From Phoronis australis (Eukaryota > Animalia > Phoronida): a DNA stretch of 64,000 nt. The position numbers and the translations under genes are program-made. The stretch covers positions 549,740 through 613,739 of the forward strand of contig NMRA01000069.1 in the NCBI GenBank assembly GCA_002633005.1, written 5' to 3'. The notes beneath the pieces were generated by a model, which was not told the DNA's origin, did no database searches, and worked only from the letters and a program-made list of their open reading frames with translations. Of the stretch, positions 50,816-62,576 are shown piece after piece (positions within the stretch are counted from its first letter, which is position 1; every line of letters starts with the position of its first letter).

Positions 50816-51394
50816 CGCTCTTGCGTCTTCATCACAACTTTGTTGAAGCAGTTGTCGGTCTTAAATAGTCAAAGCCTTACATAATACAGAAATCTAGAGA
50901 AGTAAAATTAAAATTGTCAAGTACAAGTCATAAAACATAGCTGTATCTCTTGCTCACATACTTTTTCTCTAAGGGTGTCTGGGTCGAATTCCAAAAAAGG
51001 TGATGGGGTCAAAGAGATTAGGTTGTTGTCTGAACTAATGTCTGGCATCCCCAATATTGTCCAAATGCAGTTTTTTCTTAAAACTTACCTGAGGTCACTT
51101 AAATGTCAGATGTATCAGCTGCTTATCATGTTCAACCACACAGCTTTGGAACTTACCAGGCTATTGATTTTGACAAACAGGAATCCAAACAACACAATCC
51201 ACATCAAATTTTCTTGGTTTCCTCTGGGAGAACAGAGTGATGAGTTCTAAAAAATAGTTGCAGGCGGTCAGGTATACGTTGTACCAGACGGGCATTGGGT
51301 GCTCAGATGGGCCCATTGCGCTCATCACCTTGAGTCCTGTTAATGTTTTATTAATATATAGTTAAAACCGAGCTGAGGATCTGGAGACCTGCCT

Positions 51395-51522
51395 CCCGTT
51401 CAGTAACGCTAGAACCTCGCTAAAAAGCAAGACTTCGTGAGATATTGCTGTGAATTTCAAATGAGAGCACGTGACTTTGATTAGGTTTTAGCTAGGTCCT
51501 AGCGTCTACTGAACGCACGCCT
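51395..51522. repeat. Short MITE-like repeat, related inverted copy at about 56550-56700
   Basis: Inverted ends CGTTCAGTAACGCTAG / CTAGCGTCTACTGAACG. The core AAATGAGAGCACGTGA is reverse-complemented near 56600. Confidence 0.55.
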
Positions 51523-51540
51523 GATTCCAGGGTCTATCTG

Positions 51541-51615
51541 TGCCCCAGTGGGACTCGAATCCACTTCCTTGAGTAAATAAAGCGGACATTTATCCCACTA
51601 GGCCACACTGCCTCC
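51541..51615 (-). repeat. tRNA-derived SINE head / tRNA pseudogene
   Basis: The minus strand reads GGAGGCAGTGTGGCCTAGTGGG (A box)...GGATTCGAGTCCCACTGGGGCA (B box). The anticodon arm is degenerate. Confidence 0.55.
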
Positions 51616-54236
51616 TATACGGTGATGAGTTCGCTCAAGTCGACTTATTCTCTAGTGAATGTGCAGAAATGAAGTTTCTCAATCTGCTCATGAGGGGTGA
51701 TTGCGTTAACATTTGCAGCTAGCTACTGGGAGTGCACACTCTATCCTTAAAATCGCCTGGATATTTGAAAATATCACTCGATCACCTTCCGTCAGCCATG
51801 CTGGTGGTCGTTCTGTTTACGGCACTCCGAGATTTCAACTGAATTTCCAATGCCGCAGTTGCTTATGGAAGTTCTCCGAAGCTGGAAGGTCAATGATGTG
51901 TGAAATGACCGCACAGCGAAGCTGTAATGTTGATTTGTGGGAGTGTACTCTCGATTTCTGTTACATGACCCGAGAATCTCCCTGCACGGGTCGTTTAGCC
52001 CGATACACCAGGTTAAAAAGATGATGATCCATCGAAAAAAGTTGCACATCCGGGTTTTGTGAAATGGATAATAAGAAGAACTTCCAGGTGTGTGGGCAAA
52101 ATCGTTGTTGAGAGTGACAGTGCTGGCAAATCAAATTCTCGTAGTACTTGCGAAAACATGGTTAGTTTATTGACTAGCCTGGTTACAGGGGCCCGGATTT
52201 TGAGAGACATTACTCAGTGGATAAAACTGGCTCTCAGGATCTGGGACCCCTACAGGTGACTATCACTGAATATAGTGTATGGGCTGCCAGCTGTATGTTC
52301 GCAATGCTTGTCACGGAGGGTCATTGTACGCGCCACGCATGGTCTCATGGTGTAAATTTATTTCCAAGCTCAAAAACAAGGCGTGCGTTCAGTAACGCGG
52401 CAAGAGGTCCAAACCAAAAGCTATATGTTTAGAAGCGCGGGTATATAGTTGCTTTAAAATATTTTCAATTGAACGATCTTAGAATTATATGGACCAAAGG
52501 CGACAAAAACATTCAGTATGCTCCTGCACTGCAAGGGATACCCGCTTCTACGGTTAAGTCAACCTCATTGACAAGTTCATGCGCCTCTGAGCGAAAATAT
52601 CTTTCAAAAATGTCTTTTCCATAAGACTATGAGCCCTTAAGAAGTCATGGCTCAAAATTTGAGAAATAGCATGAATCGTGTAAGTAATTCTACATTCACG
52701 AAAAAATACTGGCTACCTATTTCAAAACACTATCACTGGTCTCCAATTTCGCTATTCAATTCGACCAAATTTCGCTTACGTTCTCTTCCGTCACAAAGTT
52801 TTAAAACGGTTGTTAAGCAGACCTGCAGTATATTTCTAATTCACAGTGGGATACTGTACTTGCTTTTAAGTTGTTAAGTCATATAGAATCTATGGCTTCA
52901 GTTCTGTTCAATTTTTAGAAAGACAACACGATGATGTACTCCAGCTATAACAACTATCTCTAGAGCGTCTTACCCTACCCCGATTAAGTGGGATAAGTTG
53001 TCGCGTGTGCACGTCACCCAAACGCAAGCAGGGACAACGATTTTTTTCGACATATTAGTGGATATGTTGAGTAAAATTTCTGCATTCGGAAATTGATACA
53101 AACTGTTGTGTTTATACAAAGACATGCGCAACATTCTGACTATATTTTTGAACCTTGGACATTGTCCTCAAGCCACAGAGGACACATTTTTGTAACATTT
53201 TTCGCCTTTATCGATATGTAATAATGTTATCTTAACTTTTAAAAATTAAAGTTCACGGCGGAGTTCTGGCGGTCATAGGCGCAGCAGATTTGTGTAAAAA
53301 TAACGAAAAATATAAATGAATTGGGGTAAGAAACATTTGAAATAGACCTCCGAACTGTAGTCATCTGAGACAGAAATCACATAATTATTGTGTTCAAGTC
53401 TCCGCACACTTCACTGACACGTATTCATTCGAAGCCGTGTGGGAATTTGCCATGTGCTGCGTAAAATCTACACCATAGCAAACAAAAAATAAGAGTTTGC
53501 TTATACCCTAAGTGCAAATCAATCAAGGCTTTGGAAAACTCTGTCAGTGTTGAAAATCGTCAACATTTGCTGCTTTCAGTCGTCAGCAATGTTTTGGGAA
53601 CGAGGAAGACGTTTATCGGTGCGACGAGTCTACTGTTAGTGGCCTGAAGCTACCTCCTGTTTAACATGGTGTCATGATGACGTTTTGGACCCAGTCCGGC
53701 GCAATTCAAGTGCCAAAATGACAACAATGGCAATGGGAACAACAGGAACAATAATAATAATAATAAAACCGTCACACAAGTTTATATTTTCAAGTGCTAA
53801 ACTGCCCCTGTGGTTACATGAATGGAAAATATATATTCAAGATCTGGGAAATTATTGACACTGTGATGTGACTGTGCATTTCTATTCCTGTTTCCGGGTC
53901 ATCACTAAACGCAAGATTTTATAAAACAATGACGTAAGGAAGAAGAACATAGTAGTGCTCATGATGTTACAAAAACATGAGGAATGGCCAAATTTCATTC
54001 CTCACGACCTGCACGGGTGTTGTCACTTAAAGTCTTCTTGTAAGGCCAAAAAGCAAAGTTTGTTCTGGTCTGTACTTCGATTCACTCATTTTGAAACTTG
54101 TGCTTATTGGCTAAAATGAAAAAAGCACACACACGCATCAATATCAGCCAGGGTATCGTGTTTTTAAACAGCTGTACAAAGTCACGTAAGCAAGGGAAAA
54201 CCGTTTGCCGCCTTGAGTCGCCAAGTCACTGTACCA

Positions 54237-54536
54237 CAGTGGCCCAAAAGTATCATCAATATTTTAGTTAATGTGTTAATATATTATTTTATTTTTCCTT
54301 TTCCCCTAGGTGGAAATTATTTCAACCTAGGTGGAAATTATTTTCACCTGGGTGGAAATTATTTTCGCCCGTGTGGAAATTTTTTCACCTTGGTTGAAAT
54401 AATTTCTACCCAGGTGAAAATAATTTCCACCCAGGTGAAAATAATTTCTACCCAGTGTGGAAATTATTTCCACCTAGGTGAAAAAGTAAAAATAAAATAA
54501 TTTAACTAAAATACTGATGATGTTTTCGGGCCATTG
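54237..54536. mobile_element. Foldback/Tc1-like MITE with long TIRs and inverted arrays of a 21-bp unit
   Basis: Termini CAGTGGCCCAAAAGTATCATCAATATTTTAGTTA...TAACTAAAATACTGATGATGTTTTCGGGCCATTG|TA. Internal (CCTAGGTGGAAATTATTTCCA)-like units occur in both orientations. Confidence 0.75.
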
Positions 54537-55121
54537 TATGTAAAAGATACATTCTAGGTTTGGCTTATGGACACGTGGGGTTTTACCTGCTTTAACACAT
54601 CTTAAAAGTTGTCTTTTAAAATGCGTGCAAAACGATTTCTCTTCAAAAACTTATCATTTTTATGGGGACATACGAGAACATGAAAAGGCATTGGATCGCA
54701 ATGCATATATTCATCAAGTATCGCGCCCTATACATTACAGACTTATAGATCGATGACTTAATTCATCATGCATATGGCTCTACAGTGCCGCAGAGACGAT
54801 GTCTCAGAACTCATTGCGTAAGCAACCTCACGCATTTTCGTTAATCCGTCAAGCCAAAGTTAGTGATACGGTTTCCTTCTTCAAGTTTGTTTAATATCCC
54901 GTTACATCTCAATAAGCTATTGATTAGCAATCCAAATTACATGTATATGTACACTAGTACTTTCCAATTCATAAAGGGTGTTTTGTCTCTATTTTGTCCG
55001 CCTTAGTAAACCGATTCGCTCGCTTTGAACAAGTTCATTTAATTTGATGAAGAGTGAACACATTGCGTCTTCTTTTTTACCATGACAAGTTACTCACAAA
55101 TAATGACAAATTCTTTGACAG

Positions 55122-58100
55122 GAGACGCGTTTGGTCATTTCTACGACTTACGTCATGGTTATACCTCAAGTGGTAACACTCGGGTGGTTTCTAACACCAC
55201 TGCCGAGACACTGTTAATCTGTGCGTCCATTTGCACATCGTTAAATGCCGCGTGCGATGCGGCCGATTTTAACACGGACACCCACACCTGTGTCGTCATC
55301 TCATGGAGTGAGAAGCCATTACTGAGTCCCACTGAAGGCAGCTGGGTGGTCATCATACGAGCCGAGTTACTGACCCAAGGTAAAAGCTGTAGCGTTATAT
55401 AAAAAATACAGATTTATGCAAATGTTATCGCGTACCCGTAGCTCAGTCTCCTGTCATGTTTCCAAGACTACAATACAAATCCTTGTTCAGTGAGTTAATG
55501 CTATGGGGACAGATAAAGGTTTAAGTCTTCATAAATCTCTTACAAATTAACCTTTTTAATAGAATCAGTGTGCAGCAACCTCTCTTTTCAAATTATTTTT
55601 TCCGCAACTATGAGTGTAGAAAAACGAATAAATAAATTAAGTTTCTAATAGTATACGATATTGCTTAGACAATCCCATCAAGCAATGGTTGATTTGGTAT
55701 AATTTATCCTATATATAAGATAGACTACTAACAGAATACAGACAGTGGTGTGTATGTGTGTACGTATGTTGTACGTATGTTGTACGTATGTTGTACGTAG
55801 GTGCCTGTTTATGTGTAGGTGTAGATGTATGTATATGTTCATGTATGTGTATGTAATATACATCTAACTAACTCCTTGATCTTCAAAAGAAAACTAATAT
55901 TACGATACTATGGGAAAAGCTATACATATTTCTTGTTATGAAACTGAGGGAAATACTGTTCTTGTGTAATTAAAAATATTGGTTTTCAGTTTCTTTAAAC
56001 TTCCTTCAAAATCTGAATATGTACTTTTAAAACTTGTTTACATGCACTTTTAATATCTACATGTATTTTTAGATAATGTTTTCCTCTTTTGTTCTGGGGT
56101 CAATGCACTGTAAGGATTCTAGAAAATTTCGAGATGAGATCGTAACAGCCAATGATGTGATTAGATAAGATCATGTGGTGTTTATTAGCCAATTGTTAAG
56201 TAAGTGCATTATAATATTCTTATATTTTTATTATTATAATTACCAAGGGCTGGATTGCAAAAACATAGGCTGAATTGTACTCCACGAAGTTTTTGCTTGT
56301 TCCGTCATGTCTGTAAATACTCATTTACAGACAAGTTACGTGTCTTTGTACCCGAAACCAAACAGAATGTCAAATCACAGTGTGTTCATCATAAGTGAGG
56401 ATCCGTGGTGTGCTTTTTAGTAACTGAACGTCACAGTATATAATCAATGCATGCGGAATTACCTCAAAATAATGTCTTTTTTTAAAACCTCGATTCCGCA
56501 TGGGCACTAAAAGATTTATTTGGAAAGTCACGTCAGGTGACTGTACGTGGGTAGAGTTCAGTAGCTGTCTCGCGGGCAGAAAAATATCTAGCCAAAATCA
56601 CGTGCTCTCATTTAAAATACACGGCAGTATCTCACGTAAACTCGCGAAGTCTTGCTATCATTTTTACTTGGCCTATCGAGGTCCCAGCGTTATTGAACTC
56701 CTGATCAGTGTCGTTACTTACGCGTTTAAAAACGTACATACTCAGAGCACGTAAAAAACCATTATGCTCGTTGTTTTGCCTTCGTTAGGTAGTTAGTTAA
56801 CGTCATTTTTATGGCCTATCGTGATCTAGAGTAGCTCGAAGCTGTCTAGACCTAAGCTCAGCGCAGACGGAGAGTAACGAGCTCAGTTGGATGTCTCGAG
56901 TGGAGTGAAAGTTAGCAGAGAACACAATAATCACGTAAGGAGTGAAAACACGATTGAATGACCGTCTTGACATAAGTTATGTGTTCGCTGGGAATTAGTC
57001 ACGTCAATTTTTTCAGTTGCGGGACGTAACTGCGCTGTTGTCAAAGAGCGTAATCCAGGCGCCATCAGCGGTGTGTACTATCTAGAGACCAACATCGGCC
57101 CTCTACAGGTCTACTGTGATATGGAGGTCGGCGGAGGAGGCTTCACCTTTCTTCGGAAGCAGGATATACGTGTAGCGAATGAGACGAAACTGAATATCAG
57201 CGAGCTGATGCAAGATAAGATCAAGGTATACGTCGTGTAGAATTAGATCCCAAAGCCAACATCACGAAACTTGTGTATATAACACTTAGAGAAAAACTAG
57301 TAGGTCTTACACAAGGTAATTTGTACGTAATCAGCTGTCGACAATCTTTGCACGGAGACGACACCGGTTTTTTGCCTTCGCTAGAATCAACTATGGTTGG
57401 TGTCCAAAGGCATTTTCACAGCCATGCTGGACTGATGCACGGACATCAAGTTAGAAATTGATTTCTTTTTACAATTTTTTGTAAAATCACAATTGAATAA
57501 AATGAGTTCAAAAATATATTATTATTTAGGCAACGGTTATCGTACTTCAGCTATGCATCGGTGACCACGTGACAAGGGAAAAACAAACACGTCACAAGGG
57601 GAAAAACAAAGAACGAGATGAGCTGCAACATGACGTTGGTCTTTCTAGAATGTTCTGTCCAAGCTCTGGTTATTTAACTTGAATTAATAGCCAAGAACAC
57701 TATCTGGACTTCCATCAATCGGAAGGAGAATAAAAATCATTGTGATCAGCGCGGATTTTAATGACACAAATTCGTTCCAGGCTTTACTTCGTTACCAACA
57801 CTCGGATTCAACCCAGTGGTACACGATTCTTGAACAACTATCTCGCTATGCTGACGTTCCTCTGTCCCTGCAGGTGTGTCGTCATGACGAGTACGTGGAA
57901 CCAGTGAACACACACCTAGGACCATACCTTTACCTTGGATTTCTACCCATCAGCATGATGTCAGAGAAAACAATGCAAGGCCTCCGCTCAAATGGGCAAG
58001 ACCTCGAGTTTTCCAACTGTGACAGTAACTTCAGAAGCAGCTTCACATTTTATTTCAACGACAACGGAGCCCGAGAGGTAGCGACCCCTATGAAGTTTCA

Positions 58101-58284
58101 CTTGACATCCAGTTGGTTGGCCTCGGCGCGCCCTGTAGAGGTCCAGACTACTAAGATCCCAGACGATTTTCTGTACTTTGCAGAGATGGCGTTTGGCGGA
58201 TGCGGCACTTACTGGACTACAGGGGAGTCCTCGACAAGGTTTTACGGATTTCGTATTGACGGTATAGCAATGGGGTTTCACTAA
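55122..58284 (+). CDS. PAN/Apple domain + fibrinogen-like N-terminal segment + uncharacterised C-terminal domain protein, copy 1. Exons 55122-55379, 57017-57225, 57781-58284; start exon not identified (in-frame ATG at 55082 possible)
   Basis: PAN cysteine pattern CASIC...CDAADFNTDTHTC. FReD N-terminal motif NCAVVKERNPGAISGVYYL...VYCDMEVGGGGFTF. The phase-compatible GT-AG junctions lead to a terminal exon ending IAMGFH*. Confidence 0.8.
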
Positions 58285-59864
58285 TTGTGGAGTCACTTTC
58301 GATGTGGCAAATATACCCCTGTTGACAGTCATGTCTAAGTGGTATCGCCTGCCATCGCTTTGTGATCAGGCCATTTGCACTTGAATAGATTCCAGTCCCA
58401 GTTTTAACCTCTAAGTAGACTGCGTGATATCACTTGGCGACTACTTTCTGTTCTTATTCAACCCGTACTATTGCTTATTCAATGCGTACTTTTAATCAAT
58501 TCATTTCGTCCAGTGATGCCCGAGCTCTCAAATCTCAAAGTGGCGGAAGACTTTCTAAATGTGCATGCGTGCAAGGCTATGCAGTTTCGAAGATTGTTCA
58601 AGTGGGAGCATAAATTATGGCGTCGTTAACTATATACGGACTGTAAACGTGTCGATTGGATCTAACGAATGTCTACTTCAAAGCGTTGAATGAGCAATGC
58701 TATGCGTTGATTTTGCAACAGTGCGCGTGAGAAGCAGAAAGATAATCGTTGAAGAACCCGTTGACAATTCATGTGATTACAACTCTTACTACACCGTGTG
58801 GAACAGGTCGCAAAATGGCTTCTCAACTGGCGAAACATGCGGATGCGAAGACTTAGACAGATAGTCAATAATTGTACAGAAGAAAGAAAATATTTGCAAT
58901 ACAACGCTTCTTCATTAATGATCTGTTAGCACATTAATTATTTCGGAAACTGAGGCTAGAGAGAAAATGAGAAACCGTTTGGCAAATATTTGTATAACGA
59001 GCAAAACGTGACATTATGAACAATAAAAGTTATTTAAACACGGCGTCCAGTTTATGACATCATTAATGTTTAGATATTGATAGAAAACACTTACCTTGTA
59101 AGAGTTGTGTTGGAGCGATTGACTTTCTAATAAATGTTATCGACGTCATTGCTGGGGGGCCTAACTGTTTCCGCTAATGGATATTGATTGGCATACAATT
59201 TGCGTAATTCTTGGTGAGAAAATTATAGGAAAATAGATAGCAGTTTTAATTTAAAAAGTGTTTTTGAAAAAAATCCCAACAGTGACGTAGCTAGACGTAG
59301 TAGTAGGGGCCATGTTAATGACTGAAAAATTCAATAGCGTCTTCACTGATGGAGAGATTTTAATTGTAAGAGTGGCTAATGCTCAAGTTCTCTTGGGCCT
59401 CTCCGTGACCTCAGAGCTCAGGGATATATTTGCTGGAATACTAGGAAAAGAATAGTAGATGACTATTGATTTTCGGTGATCATCAACATTTCGTTCTAAA
59501 CAAGTATTTTTTATTGCCTTGCCAACGTTGTTACATTTCATTTGAAAATAGATCCGCAGATGTATCTCCAAAGTAATGACCCTTACAAAGATGTGATATC
59601 TTAGTTAGCAACTTGCCTAATGCGGCTGAGGAGACCCGTCAAGTTTGCTAAATCGCCCTCCCCTCCTTGCCGCTTTTGAAATGTGAAATTGCATTTGAAG
59701 ATAAACGTTTATCGATTAGATAAGTTCACCACAAACGTCATAGCTTCCGTCCTTAATTTGTCAATTCCGGAAAAATGACGGGCGTCATTGGAAATATTTT
59801 GATCCATTCCGTATTAAAATAGTGATACCGGCATCAAGCAAAGCAAGACACAAGACAGGCAAGC

Positions 59865-62307
59865 ATGAACATGCTTTTTGCGCTATTGCATAGTCTAGCT
59901 TGCACGGGGATAGCAGCGAGGGAAACGTGGTTAAGTATACGTCACGGCTATCGGTCGTTCGCAGCTGTGCCGCTTTTTTCTTACGCCAGAGTGACAACTT
60001 TCGCAAGATGCGCGATGTTGTGTTCACTGTCAGTCGAATGCAGTGGCGCTGACTACAGAGCCGACAACAGCACGTGCGTCGGCATTTCCTGGAATGGTGG
60101 AACGCCTCTGCTGGAACCATCAACGGATAATTGGGTGTCCATTATCGACAAAGGAAATAATTTACAAGGTATTTGTACACATTAAAAGAACCTCAAACCA
60201 TGTATTCGTTTCACCTAAAACTCGTGAACTTTTTCAGTAAGCTGATGTATGCTATAGAAACTGGAGACGGAGAAACTAATACGGATAAAAAGAAAGTTTT
60301 ATGTGACNGGCTGAAGGTAAACTATTCTAAGACAAAAGTAGTGTGGATTGGAAGTAGAAAATTCTCTCAAGAAGTGTTTCACCACATGTGTTGAAAACTA
60401 AAATGGGGTGATTTTAAGCTACTGGGTACTAATTTCAATGTGAATTTGGAAGCTATGTCCAAAGTTAACTTCGATGTAAAAATAATGGAAATGAAGTATC
60501 TCATTAACATATGGTCTCGTAGAATGCTTACTATCTTTGCAAAGGTCATAGTTTTAAAAACAAATGTGCTCCAAAAATTATACATCTGCTAGCGTTGCTT
60601 TCTAGTCCCAATGTTACTATTTTTTGCGATATTGAAACTTTGCCCTTTAAATTCATTAGGGACGGTTAATCCGACAAAATAAAAAGAGGAGTACTCATTA
60701 AATCCATAGAAGAGGGTGGAGGGAAGATGACTGATGTCAGAAAATTTAACATGTCTTTAAAAATCACATGGATTAGAAGATTCTTTTTAACAAAATCTCC
60801 ATGGACGTATTTGTTGCAAAAAGAAATGATCGGGCTTCCTGGGGATGGAATGCTAAGCTATGGATACTATAGGTGAACTAGATTAGATAACTGTAACTCT
60901 TTTTAGAAAGAATGCTTCCAGTATTGGAGCTTATTAGTTCACAAACAAACTATTTCAGGACACGAGGATGCGGCGTCAATCAATGTGTGGGCCAACAGTA
61001 CTATTACAGCCCTTGTATTTATGAGTCATTCGTTAAAAAGGTGTAATATTTGTGAACGATTTTTAGATTGGAATGGCAACTTTTACCCCTTTGAAAGTTT
61101 CCAGACGATTCTTCAAATTAATGTCAGCTTTTGTCAAATATTATTTGATTGTTACTGCCATGAAAAAAGATTTGAATACGTTTTCCAAAAATTTAGATCT
61201 AAACATGGTATATGGACCACTTTTACACTTTTTCCTAAAAAATATAATTTTGACGAAAATAATAATATTCTGTGCGAAATGACATAACACCATCGGCAGA
61301 AAAGAAATTCGAAGTATTGAGTATTAATCTGATTTTCGCTATCAGAGAAGATGTGGAATTTCTATAACAAACTTCCACGTGAATGTACAAATGTCACAAA
61401 ATTACTTTTCTTTCAGTTCCGCTTGCTGCATAGAATTCTACCTACTAATTATTTATAAATAAGATTAAATATGTGGACTTTTTATAAGTACTTTCCCAAG
61501 ATTTCGTAACATTTATTCTTCGAATGCGAGTATGTTAACTTTTTCTGTCACGGGCTACGTCTCTGCAATGCAAGTAAATTTTGAAATGGACAAAAACACC
61601 ATTATATTTGGTCTTTAAAATGAACATAACAGAATTTTGAACTGGTTCCTTTTACAAACTAAAATTTTCGTTTTTAAAACGAAATTTGCTAACGTTAAAC
61701 TTAATTTAATATGACTTAAATCTTATTGAGAGTGTGCTTTAAAGTAGAAGTCAGTGCTTCTTTAAACACACAGAAATTTAATGATACAAACAAATGGGAG
61801 GATTGGAAATGTGTTCTTGATTTTCTCTTTTTCTTTTTTTCTGCACAGTTCTGTACGTTGCTGTGTTGTGTCGTATATATTTGTATAATTTTGTACTGAT
61901 ACTGCACCCTTACTCACAAGGTGGCGCGAGAGGAGTGCACTTTACAAATACCCTTTCCTTAAATTGTCCCCAAGAGTTAAGGTGGCTGACTTTTTAGGCC
62001 ACCTGTAAGTTACATGTATGAGTTTAGCTAACTTTCATTCAAGGCAGTCAACTGAGCTTGTGGTTATTTATATGCTCCGAGAATTAATCAAGTTAAATTT
62101 ACAGTTGTGGGACGGAACTGCGTAGTCGTCAAACAACGTAATCCAGGCGCCACCAGCGGTGTCTACTACATAAAGACCAACATAGGCCCACTACAGGTCT
62201 ACTGTGACATGGAGGTCGGCGGAGGTGGCTTCACCTTCCTTCGGAAACGGGATATAACGTGTGGGACGAGACTTAACATAAGTGAGCTCAGGCAGAATAA
62301 CAGTAAG
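59865..62307 (+). CDS. Paralogous secreted PAN/Apple + fibrinogen-like protein, copy 2. Exons 59865-60168, 62105-62307; last exon presumably beyond window
   Basis: Signal-peptide-like MNMLFALLHSLACTGIAA and PAN pattern CAMLC...CSGADYRADNSTC. Exon 2 (GRNCVVVKQRNPGATSGVYYIKTNIGPLQVYCDMEVGGGGFTF) is nearly identical to copy 1, with the same intron positions and phases. Confidence 0.8.
60309..61860 (+). mobile_element. Decayed Tx1/L1-type LINE ORF2 fragment in intron 1 of PAN gene copy 2, starting at an assembly gap (N at 60308)
   Basis: LKVNYSKTKVVWIG...KLLG...WSRRMLTIFAKVIVLKT...EEGG...SLKITWIRR...FQFRLLHRILPTN, with many stops and frameshifts. Confidence 0.8.
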
Positions 62308-62379
62308 GTAAACTCACGGTACCATTGAAGGATGACGACGATGTCAAAAGTAATGAGAATTATCGTAGTGATACTTATA

Positions 62380-62553
62380 ATAGTATTTATACCACAATAT
62401 AAGCGTCGCCCGTGTAATAACCCATTCAGTTATCTCATTTTGGTGGGAAACCGTGGGCGGTTTGGAACCCGTGCCTCAAGAGTTTCGAGTCGCCGACTTT
62501 AGCACTACACCCATAGACATCATAGGATATCTATGACTACACCACTCAGCGGC
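62380..62553 (-). repeat. tRNA-derived SINE remnant
   Basis: The minus strand reads GCCGCTGAGTGGTGTAGT...GGTGTAGTGCTAAAGTCGGCGACTCGAAACTCTTGAGGCACGGGTTCCAAACC (A/B box-like), with a small palindromic insertion in the head. Confidence 0.45.
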
Positions 62554-62576
62554 TGACGTGAAAATAGAATACTTAA

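Noticed and set aside
51541-51615. Functional tRNA gene
   Set aside because: A and B boxes are present, but the acceptor and anticodon stems do not pair convincingly. It is better explained as a SINE head.
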